This document shows, piece after piece, positions 32,024 through 42,112 of a DNA stretch of 64,000 nt. The notes under the pieces were generated by a model that made no database searches, was not told the DNA's origin, and saw nothing but the letters and a program-made list of their open reading frames with translations. Origin of the DNA: an uncultured Acidobacteriota bacterium (lineage in GTDB: Bacteria; Acidobacteriota; Terriglobia; UBA7540); assembly GCA_963804995.1 (NCBI GenBank), contig CAWDSK010000002.1, positions 416,001 through 480,000 on the forward strand, given 5' to 3'. Position 1 is the stretch's first letter. Each line of letters begins with the position of its first letter. Made by a program: the position numbers and the translations under genes.

Positions 32024-33643
32024 TTACAGGCTCGAAAGGGCCGCGAGGGCGCTTTCGATTTCTGGCGGATTCCACCACACCGGCACACTGAGGTCCGTCG
32101 CGACGGCGTGGGCGGAATTATACCCGCAAAGTCCCGTAACGTTGCCCCCAGGATGAGTCGAGCCACCGCACAAATAAAGCCCGCCGATCGGCGTGCGGTA
32201 CTGGCCCGCCCCCAGAAACGGCCGGTTGTACCCTACCTGGTTATTATCAAAGGATCCGACCAGCAAATCGCCACTCTGCATGTTGGGTAGAGTTCGTTCC
32301 GTGTCGAGCGGGGAACGCGTAAAGGAATCGATAATGGTCTTGCCTTGCAAGTTGGGTGCGAATCGCGACCAGAGGCGGAGCATCATTTCTCCATGGCGAT
32401 CCTTTATTGAATCCCACTTTTGGGCCGAGCCTTGTACCGCGTAGGGCAGCTTCTCCCACATAAAAGCCGTGTGTTTGCCGGGAGGCGCCTGGGTGGGATC
32501 GAACAGCGTGGGACAGGCTCCCCACATCACGGTGGGGGGAATCTGGCCCTCTTGGTGCGCCGCTGCTATCTCCTCAAACTGCATAAACCTTTCGAGCCCC
32601 AGGATAACCATGAAAGCCTTATTCAACTCTGGCCGCTGTTTGGCAGCCTTGTATTGAGGGGGCTCTGCCAGCGCGACGTTCAAGGCGAAGAGGGGGGCGA
32701 GCAGGTTGTATTGAAATCCCGCCGCCTGCTTGAGAACCTGACGCGGGACAACCTCAGCATTCATCAACTGCGCGAACGTCTGTTGCGGATTCAGTCCGGA
32801 GGCCACAAATCCGGAGGCCATGATCCTCTCGCCGCTCTTCAGTTCTACGCCCACGGCTTTCCCCTGGCGGACCAGGATGGCTTTGGGCTCAACCTTGGTC
32901 ACGATTTCGCCGCCGTGCTCCTGGATATCGGCCACGAGGGCCTGAGCGAGTTTTACGGAGCCGCCCTTGCACATCTGCGCCATATGCTGTCCGGCGAGCA
33001 GCGCGGGAATGCTGTGGCCAAAGCCCTGGAGGTTCAGGTCGACTTCCCGCAGGCCATTGAAGAAGAGCAGCCCTGCGCGGATCACGTCGTTTTGGAATTT
33101 CTGCTCGACGAACTCCAAAGGCGAGAGCGCCGATACCGCCAGGAGCTTCTGCCCCAGGGGAGACCGGTTGAGAAGTTCGCGCCGGCGCTCCGGAGGAAGC
33201 GGGAAGGATTGCGCTTCGGGCAAAAGGATTTTTTCCACTATGGGCCGGAAGTCCTCCACCCACTGGCGCAAAGTAGCCGCATCTTTCTTTGAAAACTCCG
33301 CAAAGGATTCAAACGTCCTTTCGATCGTTGTCCACCATTCCAGCACGCGCCCGTCGGCCAGAATCAAAGCCACGTTCAATTCCGGCTCAAGATAGTCCGC
33401 GCCGTGCCGGGCGAGCTCTAAATCCCGATACCAGGGCATGGCGGTGAGAGCCCGGTGAAAAAAGGAGTGGGTGTTGTGCCAAAATCCCGGGAAACGAGGA
33501 TTCTCGATGGTCGCCAAGCCACCCCCGGGGACATCAGCCCGGTCGAGAGCGAGAACCCGCAAGCCGCTGCGACACAGGTAGGCCTGCATCACCAGCGCGT
33601 TGTGACCGGTGCCTAGAATAATTCCATCGTATTGTTCTTGCAT
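32024..33643 (-). CDS. Phytoene desaturase-like NAD(P)/FAD oxidoreductase, second paralog
   Basis: ILGTGHNAL and YRTPIGGLYLCGGSTHPGG. Confidence 0.88.
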   Translation of the reverse strand: MQEQYDGIILGTGHNALVMQAYLCRSGLRVLALDRADVPGGGLATIENPRFPGFWHNTHSFFHRALTAMPWYRDLELARHGADYLEPELNVALILADGRVLEWWTTIERTFESFAEFSKKDAATLRQWVEDFRPIVEKILLPEAQSFPLPPERRRELLNRSPLGQKLLAVSALSPLEFVEQKFQNDVIRAGLLFFNGLREVDLNLQGFGHSIPALLAGQHMAQMCKGGSVKLAQALVADIQEHGGEIVTKVEPKAILVRQGKAVGVELKSGERIMASGFVASGLNPQQTFAQLMNAEVVPRQVLKQAAGFQYNLLAPLFALNVALAEPPQYKAAKQRPELNKAFMVILGLERFMQFEEIAAAHQEGQIPPTVMWGACPTLFDPTQAPPGKHTAFMWEKLPYAVQGSAQKWDSIKDRHGEMMLRLWSRFAPNLQGKTIIDSFTRSPLDTERTLPNMQSGDLLVGSFDNNQVGYNRPFLGAGQYRTPIGGLYLCGGSTHPGGNVTGLCGYNSAHAVATDLSVPVWWNPPEIESALAALSSL

Positions 33644-33893
33644 GGCGTCTCCAGTCGGACCGGAAGGCTGCCGGAAGAAATTCCCTTGCCCCCTCTCCCC
33701 AGCAGCTCCGTTTTCAGGGGTGAAGAGCACCGACCGATTGAGGAGGGACGCTCACCTGCCTTGCCTCTGGCGTACCACCCCGGCTAAACGGGTGCATAAT
33801 AACACTTCTTGCACCTGCAACCTATGGCAACATGCCCTGCGTACAACACCTCCGAAACGTGGCGCATCTCAACAGAAGGTGTGAGGGTTATCC

Positions 33894-34880
33894 ATGAAGC
33901 AGGTCTTGACGCCCGGAGTTCTTCTGCTGCTGACGCTGGCCGCGTGTTCCTGCCTCGGAGCGCAAGCCACCGCTCCGCCCAAGGTGCGCACTAATCCGGC
34001 AGCGCCGGCCACAGGTGCTGCGACGTTTAAGGTGGACGTCAACCTAGTGCTCGTCGAGGTGGGCGTCCACGATGAACAGGGTCACGCCGTTGGAGATTTG
34101 AAGCAGGAAAACTTCAGGGTCTTTGAGGACGGGGCAGAGCAGCAAATTCGCGTCTTCTCCCACGAGGAATTGCCACTGGCGGTAGCGCTGGTCGTCGACA
34201 ACAGCAGCAGCGTCGCCGCGGCAATCAATGAGCTGCGCAGAGGCGTTCTGGATACCCTCGCCCTGCTGAAGCCCCGGGACGAGATGGCCCTGTTCAGCTT
34301 CACGGAAAAACCTGAGATGGAGGAAGGTCTGACGGGGAATCGCGCGGCCATCGCCGAAGACCTTTGGGCCCTCAGCCCCGGCGGCGGAACCAACATCAAC
34401 GATGCCCTGTACGCAGCCGCGGTCTACCTGGGCGGCACGGCGCGCGACCGGCGCCACGCTATCATTATGGTTTCTGACAATGAACCCTCGGAGGAAGGCT
34501 CGCACGATCTGCACCAGGTGGTGCGAGCCTCCCTGGATTCCGGGACTCCGATTTACAGCATCAAGGTGGGATACCTGCAACACACTCATCGGTTCTTTCT
34601 GACGCATTCGGAAGCGGCCCTGCGGGATGTGGAGAAGATCTGCCGGGAAAGCGGCGGCACGGTGGTCGAACCGGCGCGCGGAAGCTCTGTGACCGTATCG
34701 ATGAAAACCATCCTCACCTGGCTCCAGCAAGGCTACACGCTCGGCTATAGCAGCACCAATCCGCACCAGGACGGCGCCTACAGGACCATCGAGGTCCGCC
34801 TCACTGAACACGGCAAGACCTCCACGAAGAATCACACCGTCTACGCGCGGCAGGGCTATTACGCGCCCGTGGCGCAGTAA
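33894..34880 (+). CDS. VWA-domain protein (acidobacterial VWFA type)
   Basis: FKVDVNLVLV, DNSSS MIDAS, YTLGY and YARQGYYAP. Confidence 0.88.
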   Translation: MKQVLTPGVLLLLTLAACSCLGAQATAPPKVRTNPAAPATGAATFKVDVNLVLVEVGVHDEQGHAVGDLKQENFRVFEDGAEQQIRVFSHEELPLAVALVVDNSSSVAAAINELRRGVLDTLALLKPRDEMALFSFTEKPEMEEGLTGNRAAIAEDLWALSPGGGTNINDALYAAAVYLGGTARDRRHAIIMVSDNEPSEEGSHDLHQVVRASLDSGTPIYSIKVGYLQHTHRFFLTHSEAALRDVEKICRESGGTVVEPARGSSVTVSMKTILTWLQQGYTLGYSSTNPHQDGAYRTIEVRLTEHGKTSTKNHTVYARQGYYAPVAQ

Positions 34881-35120
34881 GACACAGCCTCGGCTTGGAA
34901 GTGCGCGACGAAGTTCCGGACGGTCCGTGCTCAAGAACGTTCCTGCCGCAGGCGCCGGCCGTGAACCTGAACAAACAGGGCATCCTTGATGGATTATTGA
35001 ACGTCAGATATTATTAGGATGCAGGGGTGAAACCAAATTTGAAGTGTGTGCGACTGGGCGCGGGTTGAGGGACCGTCGAACCAAATGCCGAACCGCTTCC
35101 GGGACTGGCGAAGGTGAACC

Positions 35121-36083
35121 ATGTTGATTAAGAAGAGCGAGCAGATTCGTTCATCGGAGGTCACTCCGCAATGGCTTTATGTGAACCGGCGCAAATTCCT
35201 GACGGGCGCGCTGGGACTGACGGCGGGGGCGCTGGTGGGGCGGGCTTTGAAAGAGGTGGCGTGGCCTGCTGAGAGTGTCAGGGCAGAAGGCAAACTGAAC
35301 GTGGCCCTGAAGAGTCCTTTCAGCACGAACGAGCCGATGACGTCCTTTAACAACGTCACTCATTACAACAACTTTTACGAGTTTGGCGTGCAGAAGGAAG
35401 ACCCCGCCAAAAACGCGCAAAAGTTTCGCACTTCCCCCTGGACCGTCAAAGTAGGTGGGTTGGTGGAGAAGCCTCGTACCTTCTCCGTCGAGGAGCTCCA
35501 AAAACTGGCCCCGCTCGAGGAGCGCATTTACCGTCACCGGTGTGTTGAGGCCTGGTCGATCGTGGTACCGTGGATCGGCTTCTCCTTCAACGCGCTGCTG
35601 AAAGAGGTAGTGCCCAAGCCCGACGCAAAATTTGTGGCGTTTCAAAGTTATTACGACATGGGGCAAATGCCCCTGGGGCGGTACGCGGGCATAGAGCTCC
35701 CTTACGTCGAGGGCCTGCGGCTGGACGAAGCCATGCACCCGCTGGCGCTACTTTGCTTCGGCATGTACGGGCAGACGCTGCCCAACCAGGATGGCGCGCC
35801 CGTGCGCATGGTGCTGCCATGGAAGTACGGGTTCAAAAGCATCAAGTCGCTGGTGAAGATTGAGTTGGTAAAGAAGCAGCCTCCCGCCACCTGGAACATC
35901 ACTAATTCCCAGGAGTACGGATTTTATTCAAACGTCAATCCCAACGTTGACCACCCCCGTTGGAGCCAGGCCAAGGAGCGCCGCCTGGGTGAGTTTTTGC
36001 GGCGCCCCACACTGATGTTCAACGGGTATGCCGACCAGGTGGCATCCTTATACGCCGGCATGGACCTAAAGAAAAACTTCTGA
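35121..36083 (+). CDS. msrP: Methionine sulfoxide reductase catalytic subunit MsrP
   Basis: RRKFL Tat motif, YNNFYEFG, RCVEAWS, PWKYGFKSIKS and HPRWSQA. Confidence 0.96.
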   Translation: MLIKKSEQIRSSEVTPQWLYVNRRKFLTGALGLTAGALVGRALKEVAWPAESVRAEGKLNVALKSPFSTNEPMTSFNNVTHYNNFYEFGVQKEDPAKNAQKFRTSPWTVKVGGLVEKPRTFSVEELQKLAPLEERIYRHRCVEAWSIVVPWIGFSFNALLKEVVPKPDAKFVAFQSYYDMGQMPLGRYAGIELPYVEGLRLDEAMHPLALLCFGMYGQTLPNQDGAPVRMVLPWKYGFKSIKSLVKIELVKKQPPATWNITNSQEYGFYSNVNPNVDHPRWSQAKERRLGEFLRRPTLMFNGYADQVASLYAGMDLKKNF

Positions 36084-36088
36084 ACGGG

Positions 36089-36745
36089 GTGCGCTTGAGA
36101 AAAGTTCTCGCCAGCAAGTGGACCAAGCTGCCGGTCTTCCTATTGTGCCTGGGCCCGGTGGGCGAGCTTGCCTGGCGGGCGTTCCACCACGATCTGACCG
36201 CTAATCCCATCGAGTTCATCACGCACCTGACAGGGGATTGGACGCTGATCTTCGTCGTCATCACACTGGCGGTGACCCCGGCGCGCAAGCTGCTCCGCCT
36301 GCCGGAGCTCATTCGCTTTCGCCGCATGCTGGGCCTGTTCGCATTTTTCTACGGGCTGCTGCACTTCAGCACCTGGATTGGGCTCGACAAATTCTTCGAT
36401 TGGACGGAAATGCTGCACGACGTGCGCAAGCGGCCATTCATCACGGCGGGCTTCACTGGTTTTGCGTTGATGATTCCCCTCGCCTTTACTTCCACTGCAG
36501 GCTGGATTCGCCGCCTGGGAGGCAAGCGCTGGCTGGCTTTGCACCGGCTCATCTATGTCACGGCCATGGCGGGCGTGGTCCACTACTACTGGCTGGTCAA
36601 GTCGGATGTTCGCAAGCCGCTGTTCTACGGTGCGCTGGTGGCGCTGCTCTTCGCCCTGCGAATTGGATTCTGGTTGGTCGCGCGGCGCGCGAGGCCGGCG
36701 GGCAAGGCGATTCAATCAAATCTCATCACGGCCGAGACCGCTTGA
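36089..36745 (+). CDS. msrQ: Heme-binding membrane subunit MsrQ
   Basis: RRMLGLFAFFY and WLALHRLIY; follows msrP. Confidence 0.94.
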   Translation: MRLRKVLASKWTKLPVFLLCLGPVGELAWRAFHHDLTANPIEFITHLTGDWTLIFVVITLAVTPARKLLRLPELIRFRRMLGLFAFFYGLLHFSTWIGLDKFFDWTEMLHDVRKRPFITAGFTGFALMIPLAFTSTAGWIRRLGGKRWLALHRLIYVTAMAGVVHYYWLVKSDVRKPLFYGALVALLFALRIGFWLVARRARPAGKAIQSNLITAETA

Positions 36746-36759
36746 CGCGAGTAGCGCAG

Positions 36760-37362
36760 CTAAACCGTAGATTGTGGCGCGGCCACTTTCCGCGCCTCCT
36801 GGCGGGTGAAGAGGATGCGGTGAATGACGGTGACGTTCGAGAGCACGGCGATCAACCAGAGCACGGGAGCCATGCGATCAAAGAGCGCCCCAATGATGAT
36901 CAGCACCACGCGCTCCGGGCGCTCCAGGAAACCTACTTTGCAGGTAGGGATCAGATTTTCGGCACGGGCGCGCGTGTAACTGACCATGACGGAGCCAATC
37001 ATGGCGACGGCGACCAGTGACACATAGAAGTAGCGGTTGATGCGGCCGTAATAAGTGAGCAGCCCGATCAGGAGGCAGAGGTCGGAGTAGCGGTCCATGA
37101 CCGAATCGTAGAAGCCGCCGAAGGGAGTGACGCGGTTGATCAGGCGGGCCACGCGGCCGTCGGTCATATCAAAAATGCCGGCCAGGACAATCGTGGCGCC
37201 GGCCCATCGGAAATAACCGTACGCGAACAGGTACGCCGCCAGGCAATTGATGGTGAAACCGATGAAGGTGAGGAAATTGGGGTTGATGCCCGTTGCGGCA
37301 AATCCCCGAACAATGGCGTCCAGGACGGATCGAAGTGTGTCGCCGATCTTTCGGGTCACCAT
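36760..37362 (-). CDS. CDP-alcohol phosphatidyltransferase
   Basis: DMTDGRVAR...GGFYDSVMD and SYTRARAE. Confidence 0.92.
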   Translation of the reverse strand: MVTRKIGDTLRSVLDAIVRGFAATGINPNFLTFIGFTINCLAAYLFAYGYFRWAGATIVLAGIFDMTDGRVARLINRVTPFGGFYDSVMDRYSDLCLLIGLLTYYGRINRYFYVSLVAVAMIGSVMVSYTRARAENLIPTCKVGFLERPERVVLIIIGALFDRMAPVLWLIAVLSNVTVIHRILFTRQEARKVAAPQSTV

Positions 37363-37414
37363 GAGGAATCACCGCGCGCGCGGGCGGCGGGCGCTCGCAC
37401 TCGAGGAGACCATT

Positions 37415-37885
37415 CTACACCTGTTCGTGGATGGTTTGGACGGTGCGGATTTCGAATTCGCGGGAGCCGTTGGGCGTCGTCACTTTGACCGTGTCACCCA
37501 TTTTCTTGCCCATCAGACTGCGGCCAATGGGTGAGGTTGTAGAAATCAGCCCCTTGCTGACGTCAGTTTCTTCACTGGTCACCAATCGGTATTCCACCTG
37601 CGCATCGCGGTCGACGTCGTAAAGGACCACTCTGGATCCGAAGGCGATGCGGTCCTTGGGAATGTTGTTCATGTTGATCAGGGAAAGGTCCGCGAGGCGC
37701 TTCTTGAGCTGTGCCAGGCGCGCGCCCACGATATCCTGGCGCTGCTTGGCCATGATGAATTCGGCGTTTTCACTCAAGTCACCCATGGCCCGCGCACGTT
37801 TCAATTCCTTCGGGAGTTCGTGATTGAGCTCGTGCTCGAGCGCTTGGATTTCTTCTTGCAGTTTTTGGACGACGGATGACGCCAT
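37415..37885 (-). CDS. greA: Transcription elongation factor GreA
   Basis: GDLSENAE and ISTTSPIGRSLMGK. Confidence 0.92.
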   Translation of the reverse strand: MASSVVQKLQEEIQALEHELNHELPKELKRARAMGDLSENAEFIMAKQRQDIVGARLAQLKKRLADLSLINMNNIPKDRIAFGSRVVLYDVDRDAQVEYRLVTSEETDVSKGLISTTSPIGRSLMGKKMGDTVKVTTPNGSREFEIRTVQTIHEQV

Positions 37886-38059
37886 AGCGTTGATCCTTAC
37901 TTTTGTGAGCCCTCGACCATTATAGGTGAAACGGACAGATTGGTGCAACGGAAGGAAGGCCAGGGGGTGCGCGACATAAATGTAACGCTCTGGGCTGGCT
38001 CTTTTTTTGTCGCTTATATCCTAACGTATATGATACGTTAGGATAGAGGAGGCCTTAAC

Positions 38060-38464
38060 ATGCCCCAATCCCTTGACGTCCTGGAGAACCAACGGGCGGA
38101 GTTGATCCGCCAGATCGCCCAACTGGGTGACCTCCGCAGTGGTTCGATCACCAGCATTACCGCCCGCTGCGGCAAGTCCAACTGTCACTGTCATCAGCCC
38201 CATCATCCCGGCCACGGCCCTAACTTCCGGCTCACTTACAAGGTGCAGGGCCGGACCGTCAGCGAAACCTTCCCCAGCCCTGCCGCCCGGCACCAGGCGG
38301 AACGACAGATTGCCGAGTTCCGCAGGTTTCAACAACTGCGCCGGGCCTTCGTGGAGGTGAACGAAAAAATCTGCCGTCAGCGCCCCCTCCCCCAGGAGGC
38401 CGAAGCGGCGGAGCAGGAAAAAAAACGGCGGAAGCCATTCAGCGGGAAGTGGCGCGAGAAGTAG
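38060..38464 (+). CDS. IS orfA (DUF6788-like, CGKxxCxC...H)
   Basis: LRSGSI...CGKSNCHC...HGP; ends past an A8 tract and overlaps the transposase in the -1 frame. Confidence 0.8.
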   Translation: MPQSLDVLENQRAELIRQIAQLGDLRSGSITSITARCGKSNCHCHQPHHPGHGPNFRLTYKVQGRTVSETFPSPAARHQAERQIAEFRRFQQLRRAFVEVNEKICRQRPLPQEAEAAEQEKKRRKPFSGKWREK

Positions 38465-39777
38465 AGTCCCTGCTGGCGGTGATCTTTGCTGGGCGGCGCA
38501 AGTCCGGGACGCTGGATTTGGAAGCCGTCGAGATGGCCACACGCGCGGCCATGCACCGGGCGGGGGCGGCGGTGCTGGAGGAGTTGCTGGCCGCCCCGGA
38601 CGAGTGCCCTCGCCAAGTTCCCTGCGGCTGTGGTCGGGGGGCCCCCTACCGCGGCAGGCGTCGGAAGCAACTGCTGACCGTGCTGGGGCGGGTCGAGACC
38701 GAGCGTCCCTATTACGTTTGTCCGGCCTGTCACCGGGGACAGAGTCCCCGCGATCAGGAACTGGATGTGGAGGGCACGGAATATTCTCCTGGGGTGCGAC
38801 GGATGATGGCGGTGGTGGGCAGCGAAACCTCCTTTGCGCTCGGTTGAGAACAACTGCAACTGCTGGCCGGGTTGGAGGTGACCACCAAGGCCGTGGAACG
38901 GCAGGCAGAGGCTCTGGGCGCCGAGATTGCTGCCCAGGAACAAGCCTCGATCCAGCAAGGCCTGCAACGGAACTTGCCGCAGGTGAGGGGACCGGAAATT
39001 CCGGTACTCTATGTGGAGATGGATGGGACGGGAGTACCGGTGGTGAGTTCGGAAACCGAGGGTCGAGCGGGGAAACAGAGCGAGCAAGCGCGCCCGCGGG
39101 AAGTGAAATTAGGTTGTGTCTTCGCCCAGACGACACGGGATGCCCGGGGCCGACCGGCGCGCGAAGAAGGCTCCACCACCTACACGGGAGGCATCGAAAC
39201 GGCCGAGGTTTTTGGGCGACGCATCTACCTCGAAGCATATCGTCGGGGCTGGAACCGGGCCCAAAAGAAAGTGGTGATCGGCGATGGTGCTCCTTGGATT
39301 TGGAACCTCACCGCCGAGCACTTTCCGGGAGCCATTCAGATTGTGGATCTTTATCATGCCCGACAGCACTTATGGGAGCTGTCGGGCCAGCTCTGGCCCA
39401 CCGACGAGCGCCACCGCCGAAGGTGGACCAGAAAACGGGAGGAGAAGTTGGAGAGCGGGCGGATCGAATCCCTAGTGCGCGATTTGCGCTCGCTGTTCCC
39501 AGCCACGCCCGAAGCCGCCGAACTCTTGCGCCACGCGGCAGATTATTTTACCGTCAACGCCCAACGGATGCGCTATCCGACCTTTCGGCGTCAGCATCTG
39601 TTCGTAGGTTCCGGGGTCGTCGAAGCCGGCTGCAAAACCCTCATCGGCACTCGGCTGAAGCGCTCCGGTATGTTCTGGAGGGTCCGCGGGGCCAATGCCA
39701 TCATCGCCCTTCGCTGCCATCGCTTGAGCGGCAAATTCGAGGATTACTGGGAGAACCGTCGCCCCCGCGCGGCCTGA
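38449..39777 (+). pseudogene. ISKra4-family DDE transposase with in-frame TGA at 38845-38847
   Basis: YVEMDGTG, IGDGAPWIW, VDLYHA, GSGVVEAGCK and RLKRSGMFW; both ORF halves share a frame. Confidence 0.85.
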
Positions 39778-39812
39778 CCCACACAGATTTGTCGCACACC
39801 CAAGGCCAGGGT

Positions 39813-41057
39813 CTAAGTTGAACTCTTGCCTTGCCGCGGAGGGGAAACCGCATAAATGGCAATGGCGCCGAGGATTCCTGCCGTAGTGATGATGCCCCAG
39901 GCAAGATTATAACTGTGGGTGGCTTCGAAAATCCGGCCCGCCAGCATGGGCCCAAACCACTGGCCCAGCGAATCAGCCATGATGATAAGGCCCAGGAGTT
40001 TCCCGAGCGCCACGAGTCCAAAGCAATCCGCCGTGACCAGCGGTATCAGCATGTAATCGGCGCCCATGGCGAAGCCGAATATCACCGCGAAAGACCAGAG
40101 CGCTACGGGCTTGCTCGCCAGGAAAAGCAGAGGAATCGAGCAAGCGAGAACCATGTAGAAGAGCGCCATCAGATTCTTCTTGCTGAAGCGATCGGCGAAA
40201 TATCCCACCGCGATCCTTCCTGCCAGTCCCGCAAATAGCAGGCCACTGGCCACGCGCGAGGCCTCAATCGTGGTATACCCGGTGTCGCGAAGGAAGAGCA
40301 CGAATTGTTGAATCACGGTTCCGATGGCGCCGATAATCAGCGTGCTGCCCGTAAGGATGAGCCAGAAATTTGCCGTACGCACCGCGCCGCCCAAGCCGAC
40401 CGAGGGCAACACGGCCGTGGCCGCCTGGGTGGCCGCAGAATCACCGCCGTCCGGGGTGAGCCCCATGTCGCCGGGCGTCGAGCGCGTCAACCACTTGGCC
40501 ACAGGGAAGAGAACCGCCAGAATCATGACCCCGGTAATCATGAAGGCGTGCCGCCAGCCGAACCATTTCACCAGGTGGGCGGCCAGCACCGGCGCCGCCA
40601 CCCCTCCGAGGCCGAGGCCCAGGTAGGAGTAGCCCATGGCGCGGCCACGCTTGGCTCGAAACCAGTTTGCAACCAGCACCTGATTGGGGACTGGCCCGGT
40701 GAGGATGTAGCCAAAGACCTCCAGGATGCACAGCACGTAGTAGTGAGAGAGCCGTGTCATCCAGCCCATCAAGATCAACGGCAGCGACACGAGAAAAATC
40801 CCCAGTAGTAGGACGCGACGCGCTCCAAAGCGGTCAATGACCGCGCCCATCAGCGCGAAAACGGGGGAGAGCAGTACATAGCCGAAAAGGATTCCCTCCG
40901 TCACCTGGCTGCGCGTGAAATGCAGGGAATCCACCAGCGATGGGTAGTAGACGGGCAATCCATAGAAAACGATTCCTACGGCGAAGAACAGGTTCAGGAA
41001 GGTTGCGAGAACAACCCACCAGCCATAGAAAACCCGGGTTGGTTCAGTTTGGTTCAT
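39813..41057 (-). CDS. MFS transporter
   Basis: About 12 TM segments; GAVIDRFGARR and WFRAKRGRAMG. Confidence 0.92.
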   Translation of the reverse strand: MNQTEPTRVFYGWWVVLATFLNLFFAVGIVFYGLPVYYPSLVDSLHFTRSQVTEGILFGYVLLSPVFALMGAVIDRFGARRVLLLGIFLVSLPLILMGWMTRLSHYYVLCILEVFGYILTGPVPNQVLVANWFRAKRGRAMGYSYLGLGLGGVAAPVLAAHLVKWFGWRHAFMITGVMILAVLFPVAKWLTRSTPGDMGLTPDGGDSAATQAATAVLPSVGLGGAVRTANFWLILTGSTLIIGAIGTVIQQFVLFLRDTGYTTIEASRVASGLLFAGLAGRIAVGYFADRFSKKNLMALFYMVLACSIPLLFLASKPVALWSFAVIFGFAMGADYMLIPLVTADCFGLVALGKLLGLIIMADSLGQWFGPMLAGRIFEATHSYNLAWGIITTAGILGAIAIYAVSPPRQGKSST

Positions 41058-41106
41058 GTGAGAAATTTCTGCCCCGATATCTTAGTGCGCGGCCGGGAAC
41101 GACCCC

Positions 41107-41949
41107 CTAACCGAACTCGGGGCCCAGGATCGCACACTGGAGTTCCGGCCGCCCCGGAAAATCATTACGACCGCGATACATGCGAGTCAGGGGGCGCGCG
41201 TACTCAAACCCATACTCGGCGAGCAGATTCATGGCCCAGGGACTTGGCCTCATGCCATCAACAAATACCAGCTCCCGGCGCGATCGCCGCAGAAACTCGT
41301 CGAGCATGCTGCGCGCTGCGGCTCCATCCTGCGCTACCCAGGGGCCCAAATGGTCCGCCCGCGAACCCTTGCGTCCGAAGGCATACCCAGTAAGCCTTCC
41401 CTGGCTGCGCGCCTCGAGCACGAACTCCGGAGCGTCTTGAGCCACCGACCGCAACAGCTCACGACGGTCCGCGCCGAAAATCTCATGGTCGAGCGCCAAG
41501 GCGTCTTCCAGATGCATCGCGCCAGTTTCTGCCACAGCCTCCGGAGCCGCTGGCCTCTTGAGCAACCAGCGTTCAATTTCGTATTCGCTCACGAACCCGA
41601 GCTTCTCGTAAATCGGCTTGCCTTGCGGGGTCGCGTCGAGCTTCATGCTGGGGATGCCGCAGGCGTCCAAATACTCAATGGTCTTCTCCAGCAGTTTCGT
41701 GCCGATGCCCTGACCGCGCGTCACGGAGTCCACCAGCACCATTCCAATCCAGGCAAAGCGGGCTTCATAAACAATGGTCGTCGCCGTCCCCATGACCCGG
41801 CCCTCCACCTCTGCAACAAAGCAACCCTCGGGGCCGGCGCGAAGAAACCTTTCCCAGTCTCCCCGGGTCTGATTCCACCCGGCAATTTCCTTAAGGCGCA
41901 TGCCGTCGGGAATGTCGGCGGCGGTCATCACACGGAGGTGGCAGGTCAT
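41107..41949 (-). CDS. GNAT N-acetyltransferase (tandem GNAT, YitH-like)
   Basis: GWNQT, RGQGIG and LDATPQGKPIYEKLGF. Confidence 0.88.
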   Translation of the reverse strand: MTCHLRVMTAADIPDGMRLKEIAGWNQTRGDWERFLRAGPEGCFVAEVEGRVMGTATTIVYEARFAWIGMVLVDSVTRGQGIGTKLLEKTIEYLDACGIPSMKLDATPQGKPIYEKLGFVSEYEIERWLLKRPAAPEAVAETGAMHLEDALALDHEIFGADRRELLRSVAQDAPEFVLEARSQGRLTGYAFGRKGSRADHLGPWVAQDGAAARSMLDEFLRRSRRELVFVDGMRPSPWAMNLLAEYGFEYARPLTRMYRGRNDFPGRPELQCAILGPEFG

Positions 41950-42112
41950 CCTTAGGGTTCCTTGCAACTCGCGGGAACGGCAGAGTGACGGGTGAGTCTA
42001 CTCGATTTGACTGAAGGTGAGAATAGCGAAGTTTTAGGGGGCACAACGAGTTTTTTGGTGGGATATTGCGAGCGCAGAGGCCCTGCGGTAAACTTTCCTG
42101 CTGGAGGTCAAA

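Larger units (their letters stand above)
37965..39801 (+). mobile_element. ISKra4-like insertion sequence with 9-bp target site duplication
   Basis: Left IR gggtgcgcgacataaatgt; right IR reverse complement gggtgtgcgacaaatctgt; aaggccagg at 37956-37964 and 39802-39810. Confidence 0.9.

Noticed and set aside
22475..33643. Carotenoid cluster from two phytoene-desaturase-like genes
   Set aside because: No crtB, crtE or crtY is nearby, and the family includes many non-carotenoid oxidoreductases.
38845..38847. In-frame TGA in the IS transposase as selenocysteine
   Set aside because: It is not in a redox or Cys motif; the context fits Arg (CGA to TGA).
38021..39821. Two 405-aa alternative-frame ORFs over the IS
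   Set aside because: They are Pro/Arg/Gly-rich shadow frames typical of high-GC DNA.
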